Origin: an uncultured Chloroflexia bacterium
GTDB lineage: Bacteria; Chloroflexota; Limnocylindria; Limnocylindrales; CSP1-4
Length of the DNA: 64,000 nt
Reading direction: 5' to 3'
Assembly (NCBI GenBank): GCA_963813535.1
Contig: CAWEZH010000002.1
Coordinates: 1,664,001-1,728,000, forward strand
Below, piece after piece: positions 10,133 to 22,643 of the stretch. Positions within the stretch are counted from its first letter, which is position 1, and each line of letters starts with the position of its first letter. The notes under the pieces were generated by a model that worked only from the letters and a program-made list of their open reading frames with translations, searched no databases and was not told where the DNA came from. Made by a program: the position numbers and the translations under genes.

Positions 10133-11872
10133 CTACCTCCGTGGCGTCGCGGGGTCGGGTTCGGGGATCGGCTCGGAGGTCGGAGCGCCGTCCAGGGCAG
10201 GGACGGTCTCGGCGGCCTCCGCCGCCTCGTGGGTCGGGGTCGTGAAATGGCGCTCGTCGCGTCGGCGCAGCTCGGCACCCGATTTCCAGATCGCGTACTC
10301 GAGCGAGTCGGCGAGGGCCGCCGCCGACGCCGCGATGATGTTGGTGTCGCTGCCCATCGTCGACCAGGTCCGTGCCCCATCCTGCGAATCGATGATCACC
10401 CTGGTGCGCGCGGCGGTGGCCGCGTCGCCGTCGAGGATGCGGACCTTGTAGTCGACGAGGTGGACATCGTCGATGTGTGGATAGAAGGCGCGCAGCGCCT
10501 TGCGCAGCGCGGCGTCGAGGGCGTTGACCGGTCCGTTGCCATCCGCGGCGGTGTGGAGCGTCTCGCCGGCGACCTCGACCTTGACCGTCGCCTCGGCGAG
10601 CAGCTCGCGTCCGTCCCGCTGCTCGACCAGGCAGGTGTAGTCGACGATCCGGAATGGCGCGGCATAGTCGGCCGCGTGACGGCGGATCAGCAGCTCGAAG
10701 GAAGCTTCCGCGCCCTCGAAGGCGAGGCCCTCGGACTCGAGCTGCTTGATGAGCCGCGATAGCTCGCGCGGATCGACGACCCCCTCGAGCTCATGCCCGA
10801 GCTGCCGGGCGCGGATCGACGTGTTCGCTCGACCACCGAGCTCCGAGACGACCAATCGCCCTGCATTGCCGACGGAGCCCGGCTCGACATGCTGGTACGA
10901 GCGCTCCACCTTGGCGACCGCCGCGCCATGGACCCCGCCCTTGTGGGCGAACGCCGATCGCCCGACGTACGGCTGGTAGTCGTTCGGGGTGACATTCGCG
11001 ATCTCGGCGACGCTCCGCGACAGATCGGTGAGGCCGTCGAGGCGGCCGCCACCGGCGGGCACCAGCTCGTGCTCGGTCTTGAGCGCCAGGTTGGCCAGGA
11101 TCGACACCATGTTGGCGTTGCCGGCTCGCTCGCCGTAGCCGTTGATGGTGCCCTGGACGTGCCGGACGCCGGCCGCGACGGCGGCCATCGAATTGGCCAC
11201 GGCGAGCTCGGCATCGTTGTGCGTGTGGATGCCCCAGGTGACGGCCGGGGCATGCGGGTCGGCCTCGAGGGCGGTACGGACATCGCCGACGATCCGCAGA
11301 AGCTCTTCGGTCAGGGTGCCGCCGTTCGTATCGCACAGGACCAGTGTCCTGGCACCGGCCTGGCGCGCGGCCCGCAGGGTCGAGAGCGCGTAGTCGCGGT
11401 CGGCCGTGTAGCCATCGAAGAAGTGCTCGGCGTCGTAGACGGCCTCTCGTCCCCGGTCGGCGACGAACCCGATGGAGTCGGCGATCATGTCGAGGTTCTG
11501 CTGCGGCGTGGCGCCGAGGACTTCGGTCACGTGGAGCAGCCACGACTTGCCGAAGATCGTCACGACCGGAGTCTCGGCCGCGACGAGCTCCTGCAGGTTC
11601 GGATCGTCGGTCGGACGGTTGGAGCGATGGCGGGTCGACCCGAATGCGGCCAGACGCGCGGTCTGCCAGCGCATGGTGCGGGCCGCGGCGAAGAACTCGA
11701 TGTCCTTCGGGTTGGAGCCCGGCCAACCACCCTCGATGTAGGGCATGCCGTACTCGTCGAGCATGCGCGCGATGCGCAGCTTGTCGGCGAGCGACAGCGT
11801 GATGTTCTCGCCCTGGGTCCCGTCGCGGAGGGTGGTGTCGTAGAGGGTGACGGGCCGGTCCGTGGCGGTCAT
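10133..11872 (-). CDS. cimA: Citramalate synthase
   Basis: YDTTLRDGTQGE, IEGGWPGSNPKD, DAEHFFDG, HTHND, AFAHKGGVH. Confidence 0.93.
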   Translation of the reverse strand: MTATDRPVTLYDTTLRDGTQGENITLSLADKLRIARMLDEYGMPYIEGGWPGSNPKDIEFFAAARTMRWQTARLAAFGSTRHRSNRPTDDPNLQELVAAETPVVTIFGKSWLLHVTEVLGATPQQNLDMIADSIGFVADRGREAVYDAEHFFDGYTADRDYALSTLRAARQAGARTLVLCDTNGGTLTEELLRIVGDVRTALEADPHAPAVTWGIHTHNDAELAVANSMAAVAAGVRHVQGTINGYGERAGNANMVSILANLALKTEHELVPAGGGRLDGLTDLSRSVAEIANVTPNDYQPYVGRSAFAHKGGVHGAAVAKVERSYQHVEPGSVGNAGRLVVSELGGRANTSIRARQLGHELEGVVDPRELSRLIKQLESEGLAFEGAEASFELLIRRHAADYAAPFRIVDYTCLVEQRDGRELLAEATVKVEVAGETLHTAADGNGPVNALDAALRKALRAFYPHIDDVHLVDYKVRILDGDAATAARTRVIIDSQDGARTWSTMGSDTNIIAASAAALADSLEYAIWKSGAELRRRDERHFTTPTHEAAEAAETVPALDGAPTSEPIPEPDPATPRR

Positions 11873-13005
11873 GCCGGCACCGCCGCCTCGAGCGACTCGA
11901 TCACCGCCGTCGCGAAGCCCGTCGTCCCGACGACGACCAGCCCGTCGTCCGGGTCGGTCGCGTCGGCCAGGTCGCCGGTCCGCCAGCCACGGTCGAGCGC
12001 ATGGCTGACGGCCGACTCCATCGCCGCGGCCGCGTCGTCGCGGCCCAGCGACAGGCGCAGCAGCATCGCAGCCGACAGGATCGTCCCGATCGGGTTGGCC
12101 CGGTCCTGGCCCGCGATGTCGGGCGCCGAGCCATGGATCGGCTCATACAGCCCGAAGGTGCCGTGAGGCGTCAGCCGGTCGCCCAGCGATGCCGATGGCA
12201 GCATCCCGAGACTGCCGGCCAGCACGGCCGCCTCGTCGGACAGGATGTCGCCGAACAGGTTCTCGGTGACGATGACATCGAATTCGGCCGGATTGCGGAC
12301 GAGCAGCATCGCGCACGAGTCGACCAGCTGGTGGGTGACCTCGACCGTCGGGAAACGGCGCCGTTCCTCGTCGACGACCTTGCGCCACAGGCGCGACGTC
12401 GCGAGCACGTTCGCCTTGTCGACGCTGGTGAGCCGGCCGCGTCGCTTGGCTGCCATGGCACCCGCCAGCAGCACGACGCGCCGGATCTCGCTCTCGGAGT
12501 AGACCATCGTGTCGACGGCCTCACGACCGGCCCTGCTCGGACGCTCCTCCGACGGCCGACCGAAGTAGATGCCCCCGGTCAGCTCGCGGACGATGACCAT
12601 GTCCACGCCGACGAGCAGCTCGGGGCGGAGCGGCGACGACGACACGAGGGCCGGATGCACGGTGACCGGTCGCAGGTTGGCGAAGAGCCCGAGCCCGCCA
12701 CGGAGCGCGAAGAGGGCTTGCTCGGGGCGGACCGCCGCCGACGGATCCGACCATTTCGGGCCGCCGACCGCACCGAGGAGGATCGCGTCGGCAGTGCGGC
12801 ATGTCTCGACGTCCGTCGGCCGGATCGCCACGCCGTAGGCATCGATGGCGGCGCCTCCGGCGACGATCTCGATCCAGTCGACGGCGTAACCGAACCGCTC
12901 GCCGGCCGCATCCACCACGCGACGCGCAGCAGCCACGACCTCAGGCCCGACCCCGTCACCGGGGATGGCCGCGATCCGGTACGTCGTGTCGGTCGCCTGT
13001 GTCAA
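11869..13005 (-). CDS. leuB: 3-isopropylmalate dehydrogenase
   Basis: PGDGVGPEV, VRELTGGIYFG, VDKANVL, NLFGDILSD, EPIHGSAPDIAG. Confidence 0.96.
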   Translation of the reverse strand: MTQATDTTYRIAAIPGDGVGPEVVAAARRVVDAAGERFGYAVDWIEIVAGGAAIDAYGVAIRPTDVETCRTADAILLGAVGGPKWSDPSAAVRPEQALFALRGGLGLFANLRPVTVHPALVSSSPLRPELLVGVDMVIVRELTGGIYFGRPSEERPSRAGREAVDTMVYSESEIRRVVLLAGAMAAKRRGRLTSVDKANVLATSRLWRKVVDEERRRFPTVEVTHQLVDSCAMLLVRNPAEFDVIVTENLFGDILSDEAAVLAGSLGMLPSASLGDRLTPHGTFGLYEPIHGSAPDIAGQDRANPIGTILSAAMLLRLSLGRDDAAAAMESAVSHALDRGWRTGDLADATDPDDGLVVVGTTGFATAVIESLEAAVPA

Positions 13006-14638
13006 GGCAAGCCCCGCTCGGAGCGCTGGTTCGCGAACGCCACCGCGACCCCGTTGATCTCCGCTCCGTGGAGCTTGTTGACCGCCACGAGGTACGCGTC
13101 GAGCGACGCCTCGATGATGTTGGTGCTTAACCCGTGACCGGAGACCACGAGCGCTCCGGGCCCCTCGTCGGACGATCGACGGCAGCGAACCAGCACCTGG
13201 CCCTGCGCATCCTCGCCGGCCGAGACGGCCTTGATCTCGTATTCGGCCAGGGTCGGGTGCCAGCCGAGCACAGGCTGGAGGGCGTCATCGACGCCCTGGA
13301 AGAGCGCATTCACGGGTCCGTTGCCGGTCGCCTCGGCACTCCGCTCGACGCCGTCGACCGACAACGTGACCGTGCCGGTGGCATTGCCGCCGTGGGAGGA
13401 CGTGACGTTCCAGCCGACCAGCACGACGCTGGCGGGCACTTCCGCTGCGCGTTGCTCCACGAGCGCCAGCAGGTCGGCGTCGGTGACCTCCTTCTTGGCG
13501 TCGGCCAGTTCGATCGCCTGGCGATAGATCACGTCCAGGGTCTCGCCCTCGAGATCGTGACCGAGCTCGCGCAGCTTGCCCTGGAGCCCGCGCCGACCGG
13601 ACAGCTTGCCGATCGTCAACTGGCTGCCGGACAGGCCGACCGACTGCGGGGTCATGATCTCGTAGGTCAGCGGGTGCTTGATCACGCCGTCCTGGTGGAT
13701 ACCCGATTCGTGCGCGAACGCATTGCCGCCGACGATCGCCTTGTTCGGCTGGACCGCGAACCCGGTCAGGTAGCTGACCAGCCGCGAGGCCGCCGTGATG
13801 TGCTCGGTCTGGATGCCCGAGCCCACGGCCTCGAACTGCGTCGGTCGGGTCCGCAGGGCCATCACGACCTCTTCGAGCGACGCATTGCCGGCACGCTCGC
13901 CGAGACCGTTGATGGTGACCTCGACCTGCCGGGCGCCCGCCTGCACGGCCGCCAGCGTGTTCGCCGTCGCAAGGCCCAGGTCGTTGTGGCAGTGGATGCT
14001 GACGGTCGCCTGATCACCGACGAGGTCGACGACCCTGGCAGTCAGCGCCGCGAACTCGCTCGGGATGGCATAGCCCACCGTGTCGGGCACGTTCACCGTC
14101 GACGCACCCGCCTCGACGACCGCCTCGTAGACCTGGAGCAGGAAGTCCGTGTCGGTGCGCGAGGCATCCTCGGCGCTGAACTCGATCTCGGCGTCGCGGC
14201 CGAGCTGCTCTCGCCCGTAGCGGACCCAGCGAACCGCTTCGGCAAGTGCGGTCTCCCGGTCGATCCGCAGCTTGTGCTTGAGGTGGATGTCGCTGGTGGC
14301 GATGAACACGTGGAGGTGCGGTCTGTGGGCGACCTTGATCGCCTCGACGGCGCGCTGCGGATCACCGTCGCGGCAGCGCGCGAGCGCCGCCACCGCGATG
14401 TCCTTGGGCGTCTCCTGGGCGATCCGGCGGACGGCCTCGAAGTCGCCGGGCGAAGCGGCCGGGAAGCCGGCCTCGATGACGTCGACCTGGAGTCGCGCGA
14501 GCTGACGCGCGACCTGGAGCTTCTCGGCGGCGGTCAGCCCGGCGCCGGGCGCCTGCTCGCCGTCGCGCAGAGTCGTATCGAAGATGCGGACGCTGCCGGC
14601 GGGCACGAACGGCCCAGCCGGCCGCGGTACGGCCGCGC

Positions 14639-14642
<4 letters not shown>
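13002..14642 (-). CDS. leuA: 2-isopropylmalate synthase
   Basis: [33 protein letters not shown]-terminal GNGPVNAL regulatory domain. Confidence 0.96.
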
Positions 14643-15696
<1,054 letters not shown>

Positions 15697-15700
<4 letters not shown>

Positions 15701-16317
15701 CGCTTGATTGCCTCCTCGATCGATGCAGTACCCCTCGACATGACGACCGCGCCGGTCCGGACGAGCTCCTTGATGCCATACGTCCGCACGAGCGACACGA
15801 AGGTGTCGATCTCGGTCTCCGTACCGGTAACCTCGGCGATGACCGACCCCTCCACCAGGTCGACGACCCGGCCGCGCGAGAGTTCGACGAAACGCAGGAT
15901 CTCGTCGCGGTTCGATTCGGTCGCCCGGATCTTCACCAGTGCCAGCTCGTGCTCGACGGTCGGCTCGGACGTGACGTCCTGGACCTTGAGCACGTCGATC
16001 AGCCGGTACAGCTGCTTGGCCGCCTGCTCGACCGCGACGTCGTCGCCGTGGAGCGTGATCGTCATCCGGCTCACGTCCTCGCGGTCGGTATGGCTGACCG
16101 CCAGCGAGTCGATGTTGAAGTTGCGGGCCCGCATCAGGCTCGAGACCCGGTTCAGGACACCCGGCTTGTTCAGGACGACCGCGACGAGCACGTGGCGGCG
16201 GGTCTCGCCGCTGCCGGGCAGGGCCCGGGGCGGCGGCACGGCATGGGCCGGCGCTGGCACGGCCCCGGGCGGCGAACCCGCCGGCAGCTGACCGTTCGAG
16301 TTCGCGTCAGAGGACAT
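15697..16317 (-). CDS. ilvN: Acetolactate synthase small subunit
   Basis: [38 protein letters not shown]. Confidence 0.95.
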
Positions 16318-16383
16318 CTGGCACTCGCTCTCCGAGGTCGGAGGCTGAGCTCCGCGAAGCCATCCGCCCGAGGATTCCAGTGC

Positions 16384-18249
16384 TCATTCGTCGGCCCCGC
16401 CCCAGTTCTCGATGAGGTCGGAGAGGCCCTTGCCGGCCGGCATCATCGGGAACACGTTCTGCTCCTCGGCGATCTCGAACCAGACGAGCGCCGGCCCGTC
16501 GACGCCCTGGGCGAAGCGGATCGCCTCGTCGACCTCGGCCGGCGTCGATGCCTTGACCGAGGGGATCCCGAATGCCTCGGCGAGCTTGAGATAGTCGGGC
16601 CCGAGCAGATGCGCAGAGTGGTAATTGCCGCCGTAGATGATCTCCTGCCACTGGCGGATCATCCCGAGCTTCTTGTTATCGAACAGGGCGATCTTCACCG
16701 GGATGCGGTCCTGGACGAGCGTCATCAGCTCCTGGAACGTCATCTGGAAGCCGCCATCGCCGGTGATGGCCCAGGTCTCGCGGTCGGGCCGGCCAAGCGC
16801 CGCACCCATCGCCGCCGGGACGCTGAAGCCCATCGTCCCGAGGCCGCCCGACGACACGTGCTGGTTCGGCTCCCGGAAGCCCGCGTAGCGCGCCAGCCAC
16901 ATCTGGTTCTGGCCCACGTCCGCGACGTAGGTCGCCCTGTGGTCGCTCAGCTCGCCGATCCGCTCGACGACGTAGTCGGCCGACAGCAGGCCGTCACGCC
17001 ACGCGCCGGAGCCGTGCCACGACGAGGCTTCCGAGTCCTTGCGCCATTCCGCGAGCTGGTCGAAGTACGCCTGTCGCTCGGTCATCGCGGTTTCCGGCAC
17101 CATCCGCGTCAGCGCCTCGAGTACGCGCTTGGCGTCGCCGACGATGGGCACCTCGACCGCGACGTTCTTGCCGATCTCGGCCGGGTCGATATCGGCGTGG
17201 ACGATCCGCGCATACGGCGCGTAGGTCCGCACGTTGCCGGTGACCCGGTCGTCGAAGCGCATGCCGATGGCGATGAGGAGGTCTGCCGACTGGATGGCCC
17301 GGTTGACGTGCTTCCAGCCGTGCATGCCCATGTACCCATAGGCGAGCGGGTGGGTCTCATCCATCGCGCCGATGCCGAGCAGCGTCCAGGCGACGGGGAT
17401 CGAGGTCTTCTCGGCGAAGGCGCGCAGCGCATCCCACCCCTCGGCGTGGAGCACACCGTGGCCGGCCAGGATCACCGGCCGCTTCGCCGCGGCGATCTCG
17501 TTGACGGCCAGCTTCAGCTGACGGCCATGGCCCTCGAGGTTCGGCCGGAAGCCCGGCAGGCCGGCGACCATCTCCGCCTCGGACGGGTGCACGGCACGGG
17601 TCTCCTGCTGGAGCGCGTCCTTCGTGATGTCGATGTGGACGGGTCCGGGGCGACCACTCCGGGCGATATGGAATGCCTCGGCCACGACGCGCGGCAGGTC
17701 GTCGGCGTCGCGGACCAGGTAGTTGTGCTTCGTCATCGGCAACGTGATGCCGTTGATGTCGATCTCCTGGAACGCGTCCTTGCCGATCAGCGCCGCGGGC
17801 ACGTTCCCGGTGATCGCGACCATCGGCACCGAATCGAGGAGGGCCGTCCCGATACCGGTGACGAGGTTGGTCGCACCCGGACCGGACGTGCCCATGCACA
17901 CACCGACGCGCCCGGTCACGCGGGCGTAGCCGTCCGCAGCGTGGGCGCCACCCTGCTCGTGACGGACGAGCACGTGGCGCAGCTCCGGGTAGTCGCCAAG
18001 CACGTCGTACAGCGGCAGGATCACGCCGCCCGGGTAGCTGAAGAACACATCGACGCCCTGGCGGAGTAGCGCCTCGCACAGGACGTCCGCGCCGATGCGT
18101 GTGCGCTTGAGATCGCGTGCCTCATGGAGCATGTCCTTGCGCGCCTGCTCGACCGCGGCGGCAGCGGACGAGCCGTCACCCGGCACGTGGCTGCGACGCG
18201 GCCGCGCCGGGGGACTCGGTGGTTTCGTGGTGTCGGTCTTCGTCGTCAT
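16384..18249 (-). CDS. ilvB: Acetolactate synthase large subunit (biosynthetic)
   Basis: YPGG, RHEQG, TSGPGATN, DAFQE, GMHG, SGGLGTMG, TPP-binding GDGGFQM. Confidence 0.96.
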   Translation of the reverse strand: MTTKTDTTKPPSPPARPRRSHVPGDGSSAAAAVEQARKDMLHEARDLKRTRIGADVLCEALLRQGVDVFFSYPGGVILPLYDVLGDYPELRHVLVRHEQGGAHAADGYARVTGRVGVCMGTSGPGATNLVTGIGTALLDSVPMVAITGNVPAALIGKDAFQEIDINGITLPMTKHNYLVRDADDLPRVVAEAFHIARSGRPGPVHIDITKDALQQETRAVHPSEAEMVAGLPGFRPNLEGHGRQLKLAVNEIAAAKRPVILAGHGVLHAEGWDALRAFAEKTSIPVAWTLLGIGAMDETHPLAYGYMGMHGWKHVNRAIQSADLLIAIGMRFDDRVTGNVRTYAPYARIVHADIDPAEIGKNVAVEVPIVGDAKRVLEALTRMVPETAMTERQAYFDQLAEWRKDSEASSWHGSGAWRDGLLSADYVVERIGELSDHRATYVADVGQNQMWLARYAGFREPNQHVSSGGLGTMGFSVPAAMGAALGRPDRETWAITGDGGFQMTFQELMTLVQDRIPVKIALFDNKKLGMIRQWQEIIYGGNYHSAHLLGPDYLKLAEAFGIPSVKASTPAEVDEAIRFAQGVDGPALVWFEIAEEQNVFPMMPAGKGLSDLIENWGGADE

Positions 18250-18274
18250 GTGGCCCTCAGCAGTGACGGACAGC

Positions 18275-18302
18275 AAAAGACCCTCGCCTCCCGGCGAGGG
18301 TC
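18275..18302 (-). terminator. Intrinsic terminator of the ilvB attenuator
   Basis: Minus strand reads GACCCTCGCC-GGGA-GGCGAGGGTC-TTTT, 25 nt upstream of the ilvB ATG. Confidence 0.85.
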
Positions 18303-18330
18303 CCATCGGTGTTGCAGTGGTTCGTGACGG

Positions 18331-18468
18331 CTAGCGTCCGTCCCTCCGCATCCCTCCGTTCTCCCGCCGGGAGCCGGTAATGAGCCCAAGAAGCCCATCA
18401 AGGCTCAGAAGCGAGCGAAGAAGCGCGAGGAGCGATACGTCGGCGAGCGGGTTCGGATCGATGGGCAT
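18331..18468 (-). CDS. ilv-leu operon leader peptide (45 aa, 11 Leu; possible longer TTG start at 18540)
   Basis: MPIDPNPLADVSLLALLRSLLSLDGLLGLITGSRRENGGMRRDGR. Six Leu codons are CTT, with GTA (Val) and ATT (Ile). Lies between a promoter and a terminator. Confidence 0.8.
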   Translation of the reverse strand: MPIDPNPLADVSLLALLRSLLSLDGLLGLITGSRRENGGMRRDGR

Positions 18469-18591
18469 CTGGACACGCCGACCATCCGCTGTCACGACGA
18501 CGGCGACGGCGCGGCGATCCTGCCGATCGAAACGGCCCAAGCTGGCCTCCAAACGCTGCGTCCGCTCGGTGGGGACCGTGCGGTTCGCGAA

Positions 18592-18619
18592 AGTCTAGCA
18601 GGGATCGTACCCCCGTCAA
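18592..18619 (-). promoter_or_regulatory. Sigma70-type promoter of the ilv-leu operon
   Basis: Minus strand TTGACG-N16-TAGACT with extended -10 (TGn). Confidence 0.7.
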
Positions 18620-18695
18620 CGTTCCCCCGATGGTCCTGGGCGTGCCAGACGTCTCGCGGGCCGTGCTCGGCGGCGGTGGTGCGGTCGCCTGACCC

Positions 18696-20306
18696 TCAGG
18701 CGCCGCCGATCCATGGGCTCGGTGCGGAGCGTAGTCCGCGTAGGTCGAGGGTCTGGGAACGGACCAGCTTGTCGAAGTCGATCGTCTCGGTCGGGGGGCG
18801 CTCCGACGGGACGCCCAGCAGGTAGCCCTGGCCGGCGCGGATATCCAGCGATCGCACGAACTCGAGCTGCTCGACGGTCTCGACACCCTCGGCGATGACC
18901 AATGCTCCCCAGCGGTCGGCCAGGTCCTTGAGCGTTCGGACCACCTCGTGCGACGTGGCCCGGATGGCACCACCCTGGACGAGGGAGAGGTCGATCTTGA
19001 CGATGTCGAAGCGGAGCTGTGACAGGAGCCGGAGGCCGGCATTGCCGGCGCCGACGTCGTCGGCGGCCACGCGCATCCCGGCCGTCCGGCACGACTCGAG
19101 CGCCCGGGTCAGGCGATCCATGTCCTCGACCGTCTCTCGCTCGGTCAGCTCAAGGACCACCCGCGCCGGATCGACGCCGTGGCGGTGGAGCAGCTGGACG
19201 AGGCCATGGACGCTGAACTGGTCGGACTCGAGCGAGCGCGGTGAGATGTTGAGGGTCAGGCTGCCCGGGAGCGCCTGCCGCGCGAACGCGGCGATCGACG
19301 TCGTCAGGCAGGCGAGGTCGAGCTCCACGGTCCGGCCGAAGGCCTCCGCCGCGGTGAACAGATCGGTGGCACCGGTGAAGCCCGAGCCCGGCATGGGCCG
19401 GCTGAGCGCTTCGTAGCCGCGCGGCCGACCGCTGCGCAGATCGAAGATCGGCTGGAAGAGCGTGACCAGCGCTCCGGATGCGGCCACGCGGGCGACCAGG
19501 GCCGCCCTGCCGGCAGCCGATCGCTCGGTGCCCGGCGAGCCGTCCCGCTCCGGGTCGAACACCGTCACGCAGGTCCGGCCGTGCTTCTTGCCGAAGGCCA
19601 GGGCGGCGTCGGCCTCGCGGTAGAGCGTCGCCCGATCGGTCGCCGTCCCGGGGATCGCCGAGATGCCGACCGTGAACGACCACGGCTGCGCGGCCGGTTC
19701 GTTGCGCCGACGGTCATCGACGCCCCGCTCGAGGACCGTGGCCAGCACACGCCGCATCGCGAGGTAGGCACCGTCGGCGTCGACCCCTGGCATCAGCACG
19801 GCGAACTCATCGCCGCCGATGCGGAACACGTGGTCGCTGCGACGGAGCGCTGCGGCTATCACCCCGGCCACGCCGACCAGGACGCGGTCGCCACCGGCAT
19901 GCCCCTCGGCATCATTGACCTTGCCGAAGTCGTCGAGGTCGACGATCGCCAGGGTCAGCCGCGAGTTGTACCTGGTCGCGCCGAGCCACTGGCGCTCGAG
20001 CTCCTCCTGGAACGATCTGTGGTTGCCCAGACCGGTGAGGGCATCGCGGAGTGATTCGGCGCGCGCTCTCGCGTAGGCGTCCTCCAGCACGAGGCGGGCT
20101 CGATCGAGGCGTTCGGCGGGCTCCAGGATGCGTTTCGACATCCACACGGTGAGGGCGCCGAGCGCGACCACGATCGCCGCGATCCCAAGACTCGGCAGCA
20201 GGATCGATCTCCCGTCGCCGCTCGCGAGCGTGTAGACGATCGGTGCGGCCAGCGCGATCGGGATCATGAACATCGTGGTGAGCGCGAGGAACAGACGGAG
20301 TCGCAC
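18696..20306 (-). CDS. Membrane-bound GGDEF-EAL diguanylate cyclase/phosphodiesterase
   Basis: Two TM helices, [13 protein letters not shown]-site followed by GGDEF, EAL, LELTE, DDVGAG, KID, EGVE, QGY. Confidence 0.92.
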   Translation of the reverse strand: MRLRLFLALTTMFMIPIALAAPIVYTLASGDGRSILLPSLGIAAIVVALGALTVWMSKRILEPAERLDRARLVLEDAYARARAESLRDALTGLGNHRSFQEELERQWLGATRYNSRLTLAIVDLDDFGKVNDAEGHAGGDRVLVGVAGVIAAALRRSDHVFRIGGDEFAVLMPGVDADGAYLAMRRVLATVLERGVDDRRRNEPAAQPWSFTVGISAIPGTATDRATLYREADAALAFGKKHGRTCVTVFDPERDGSPGTERSAAGRAALVARVAASGALVTLFQPIFDLRSGRPRGYEALSRPMPGSGFTGATDLFTAAEAFGRTVELDLACLTTSIAAFARQALPGSLTLNISPRSLESDQFSVHGLVQLLHRHGVDPARVVLELTERETVEDMDRLTRALESCRTAGMRVAADDVGAGNAGLRLLSQLRFDIVKIDLSLVQGGAIRATSHEVVRTLKDLADRWGALVIAEGVETVEQLEFVRSLDIRAGQGYLLGVPSERPPTETIDFDKLVRSQTLDLRGLRSAPSPWIGGA

Positions 20307-20579
20307 GACGCGCAGGTCGGTCGACCCGTCGAAGATGGCCTCGTCGGGCTCGCGCGGATCAGGCGTCCGGTCGCTGACCTGGTTCGTGGCAGCTCTCCAC
20401 TCGGGCGGGTACTCCCCGGGCAGTGGTTATACGTCGTGGTTCGGGTGTCGACTACACGCACCGTCGTACCGTTCGCCGTAGGACCTCCGGCACCCTCTGC
20501 TACCCTTCCGGCCGCAAGGGACGGCCGCGGCTGCAAGGCGGCCGCCGCCACGTCCTCGCCGCCGGAGACCGCGCCCGCC

Positions 20580-22019
20580 ATGACCGAACCGCGCACGATC
20601 GTCGACAAGATCTGGGCCGACCACGTCGTCGCCCAGGATCCGGGCGCTCCGGACGTGCTCGCGATCGACCTCCATCTCGTCCACGAGGTCACCTCACCGC
20701 AGGCGTTCACGGGCCTCCGCGAACGCGGGTTGACGGTCCGCCGACCCGGCCAGACCGTGGCGACGGCCGATCACTCGATCCCGACGACGCCGCGGAGCTT
20801 GCCGATGCTCGATGCCCAGGCGGCCGCGCAGATCAGCCAGCTCGAGCGCAACTGCGCCGATTTCGGCATCCCGCTCCACGGCATCGGCTCGGCCTCGCAG
20901 GGCATCGTGCACGTCATCGGTCCGCAGCTCGGTCTGACCCAGCCCGGCATGACCATCGTGTGCGGTGACTCGCATACGTCGACGCACGGCGCGTTCGGCG
21001 CACTGGCCTTCGGGATCGGGACCAGCGAGGTCGAGATGGTCCTCGCGACCCAGTCGTTGCTCCAGCGCCACCCGAGCACCTACGAGGTGCGCGTCGATGG
21101 TCGTCTGGCGCCCGGCGTCTCGGCCAAGGACATCATCCTCGCCCTCATCGCGCGGATCGGCGTCGGCGGCGGCACCGGCCACGTGTTCGAGTACCGCGGC
21201 GAGGCGATCCGCGCCCTGACGATGGAACAGCGGATGACCATCTGCAACATGAGCATCGAGGGTGGCGCCAGGGCCGGACTGATCGCCCCCGACGACACCA
21301 CGTTCGAATATGTCCACGGGCGCCCCCACGCCCCGACCGGCGCGGACTGGGATGCGGCCGTGGAACGCTGGCGCGAACTACCGACGGACGATGGCGCGAC
21401 ATTCGACCGCTCGATCACGATCGACGCGAACGCGCTCGAGCCGATGATCACCTACGGGACGAACCCGGGGATGGGCATCCCGATCACGTCGCGCGTGCCA
21501 TCGCCCGACGAGATGACCGATCCCGCGCAGCGACGCGCGCTCGAGCACGCCCTCGCCTACATGGACCTCCGGCCTGGGCAGCCGATCCTCGGCCAGAAGG
21601 TCGACGTCGTTTTCGTCGGATCCTGCACGAACGGTCGCATCAGCGACCTGCGCCTTGCCGCCGCTGCGCTGAAGGATCGCCATGTCGCGGACGGCGTGCA
21701 GCTGATGGTCACGCCGGGCAGCGACGAGGTGAAGCGCGAGGCGGAGCGCGAGGGTCTCGCCGACATCTTCAAGGCGGCCGGCGCGGACTGGCGCGAGTCA
21801 GGCTGCTCGATGTGCATCGCGATGAACGGCGACCAACTGTCTCCTGGTCAGTACTCGGTCAGCACGTCGAACCGCAACTTCGAGGGCCGCCAGGGCAAGG
21901 GCGGGCGGACGTTCCTCGCCTCGCCCCTGACGGCCGCCGCGTCCGCCATCAGCGGGGTGGTCACGGACCCGCGGACGCTGCCCGGCATCGAAACGCTCGC
22001 CGCGGTCGGGGGACGCTGA
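20580..22019 (+). CDS. leuC: 3-isopropylmalate dehydratase large subunit
   Basis: [39 protein letters not shown]. Confidence 0.97.
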   Translation: MTEPRTIVDKIWADHVVAQDPGAPDVLAIDLHLVHEVTSPQAFTGLRERGLTVRRPGQTVATADHSIPTTPRSLPMLDAQAAAQISQLERNCADFGIPLHGIGSASQGIVHVIGPQLGLTQPGMTIVCGDSHTSTHGAFGALAFGIGTSEVEMVLATQSLLQRHPSTYEVRVDGRLAPGVSAKDIILALIARIGVGGGTGHVFEYRGEAIRALTMEQRMTICNMSIEGGARAGLIAPDDTTFEYVHGRPHAPTGADWDAAVERWRELPTDDGATFDRSITIDANALEPMITYGTNPGMGIPITSRVPSPDEMTDPAQRRALEHALAYMDLRPGQPILGQKVDVVFVGSCTNGRISDLRLAAAALKDRHVADGVQLMVTPGSDEVKREAEREGLADIFKAAGADWRESGCSMCIAMNGDQLSPGQYSVSTSNRNFEGRQGKGGRTFLASPLTAAASAISGVVTDPRTLPGIETLAAVGGR

Positions 22020-22022
22020 CGC

Positions 22023-22643
22023 GTGGCCGAGCCGTTCCGGATCTTCACGACGAAGGTCGTCCCGATCGATGCCGAGAACGTCGACACCGACCAGATCATC
22101 CCGGCGCGCTACCTCAAGGTCACCGACAAGGTGGGCCTTGCCGATGCGTTGTTCCGGGACTGGCGGTTCGAGGAGGACGGCTCCCTGAAGGACCCGCCGT
22201 TCATCCTCGACCAGCCGGGCATGGCCGGCCGCGGCATCCTCCTGGTCGGCGACAACTTCGGTTCGGGCTCGTCACGCGAGCACGCGCCCTGGGCGCTCAC
22301 GTCCTGGGGTGTACGGGCCATCCTGTCGACCGGCTTCGCCGACATCTTCCGCAGCAACAGCCTCAAGAACGGATTGCTGCCGATCGCCGTGCCGCCGGAG
22401 ATCCATCGCCGATTGCGCGATCTCATCGAGCGCGATCCCGAGGCGGAGCTCACCGTCGACCTGGCCGAGCAGGGCGTGCTCCTGCCCGACGGCTCGACGA
22501 TCGATTTCGAGATCGACCCGTTCGCCAAGCGGATGCTGCTGGCCGGCACTGACGAGCTCGGCTATCTCCTCTCGAAGGAGAGCGACATCGTCGCCTGGGA
22601 ATCGAACCACCCACCCCGGATCGAGACGCGCGTCACGACCTGA
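22023..22643 (+). CDS. leuD: 3-isopropylmalate dehydratase small subunit
   Basis: NVDTDQIIPARYL, NFGSGSSREHAPWAL, FADIF. Confidence 0.97.
   Translation: MAEPFRIFTTKVVPIDAENVDTDQIIPARYLKVTDKVGLADALFRDWRFEEDGSLKDPPFILDQPGMAGRGILLVGDNFGSGSSREHAPWALTSWGVRAILSTGFADIFRSNSLKNGLLPIAVPPEIHRRLRDLIERDPEAELTVDLAEQGVLLPDGSTIDFEIDPFAKRMLLAGTDELGYLLSKESDIVAWESNHPPRIETRVTT

Noticed and set aside
18250-18590. T-box riboswitch upstream of ilvB
   Set aside because: No T-box consensus (GGTGG-NACC) is visible before the terminator. A leader peptide explains the region better.
20310-20580. c-di-GMP riboswitch upstream of the GGDEF-EAL genes (also 9400-9575)
   Set aside because: I could not find the GEMM-I or class II consensus by eye. 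An Infernal search would be needed.
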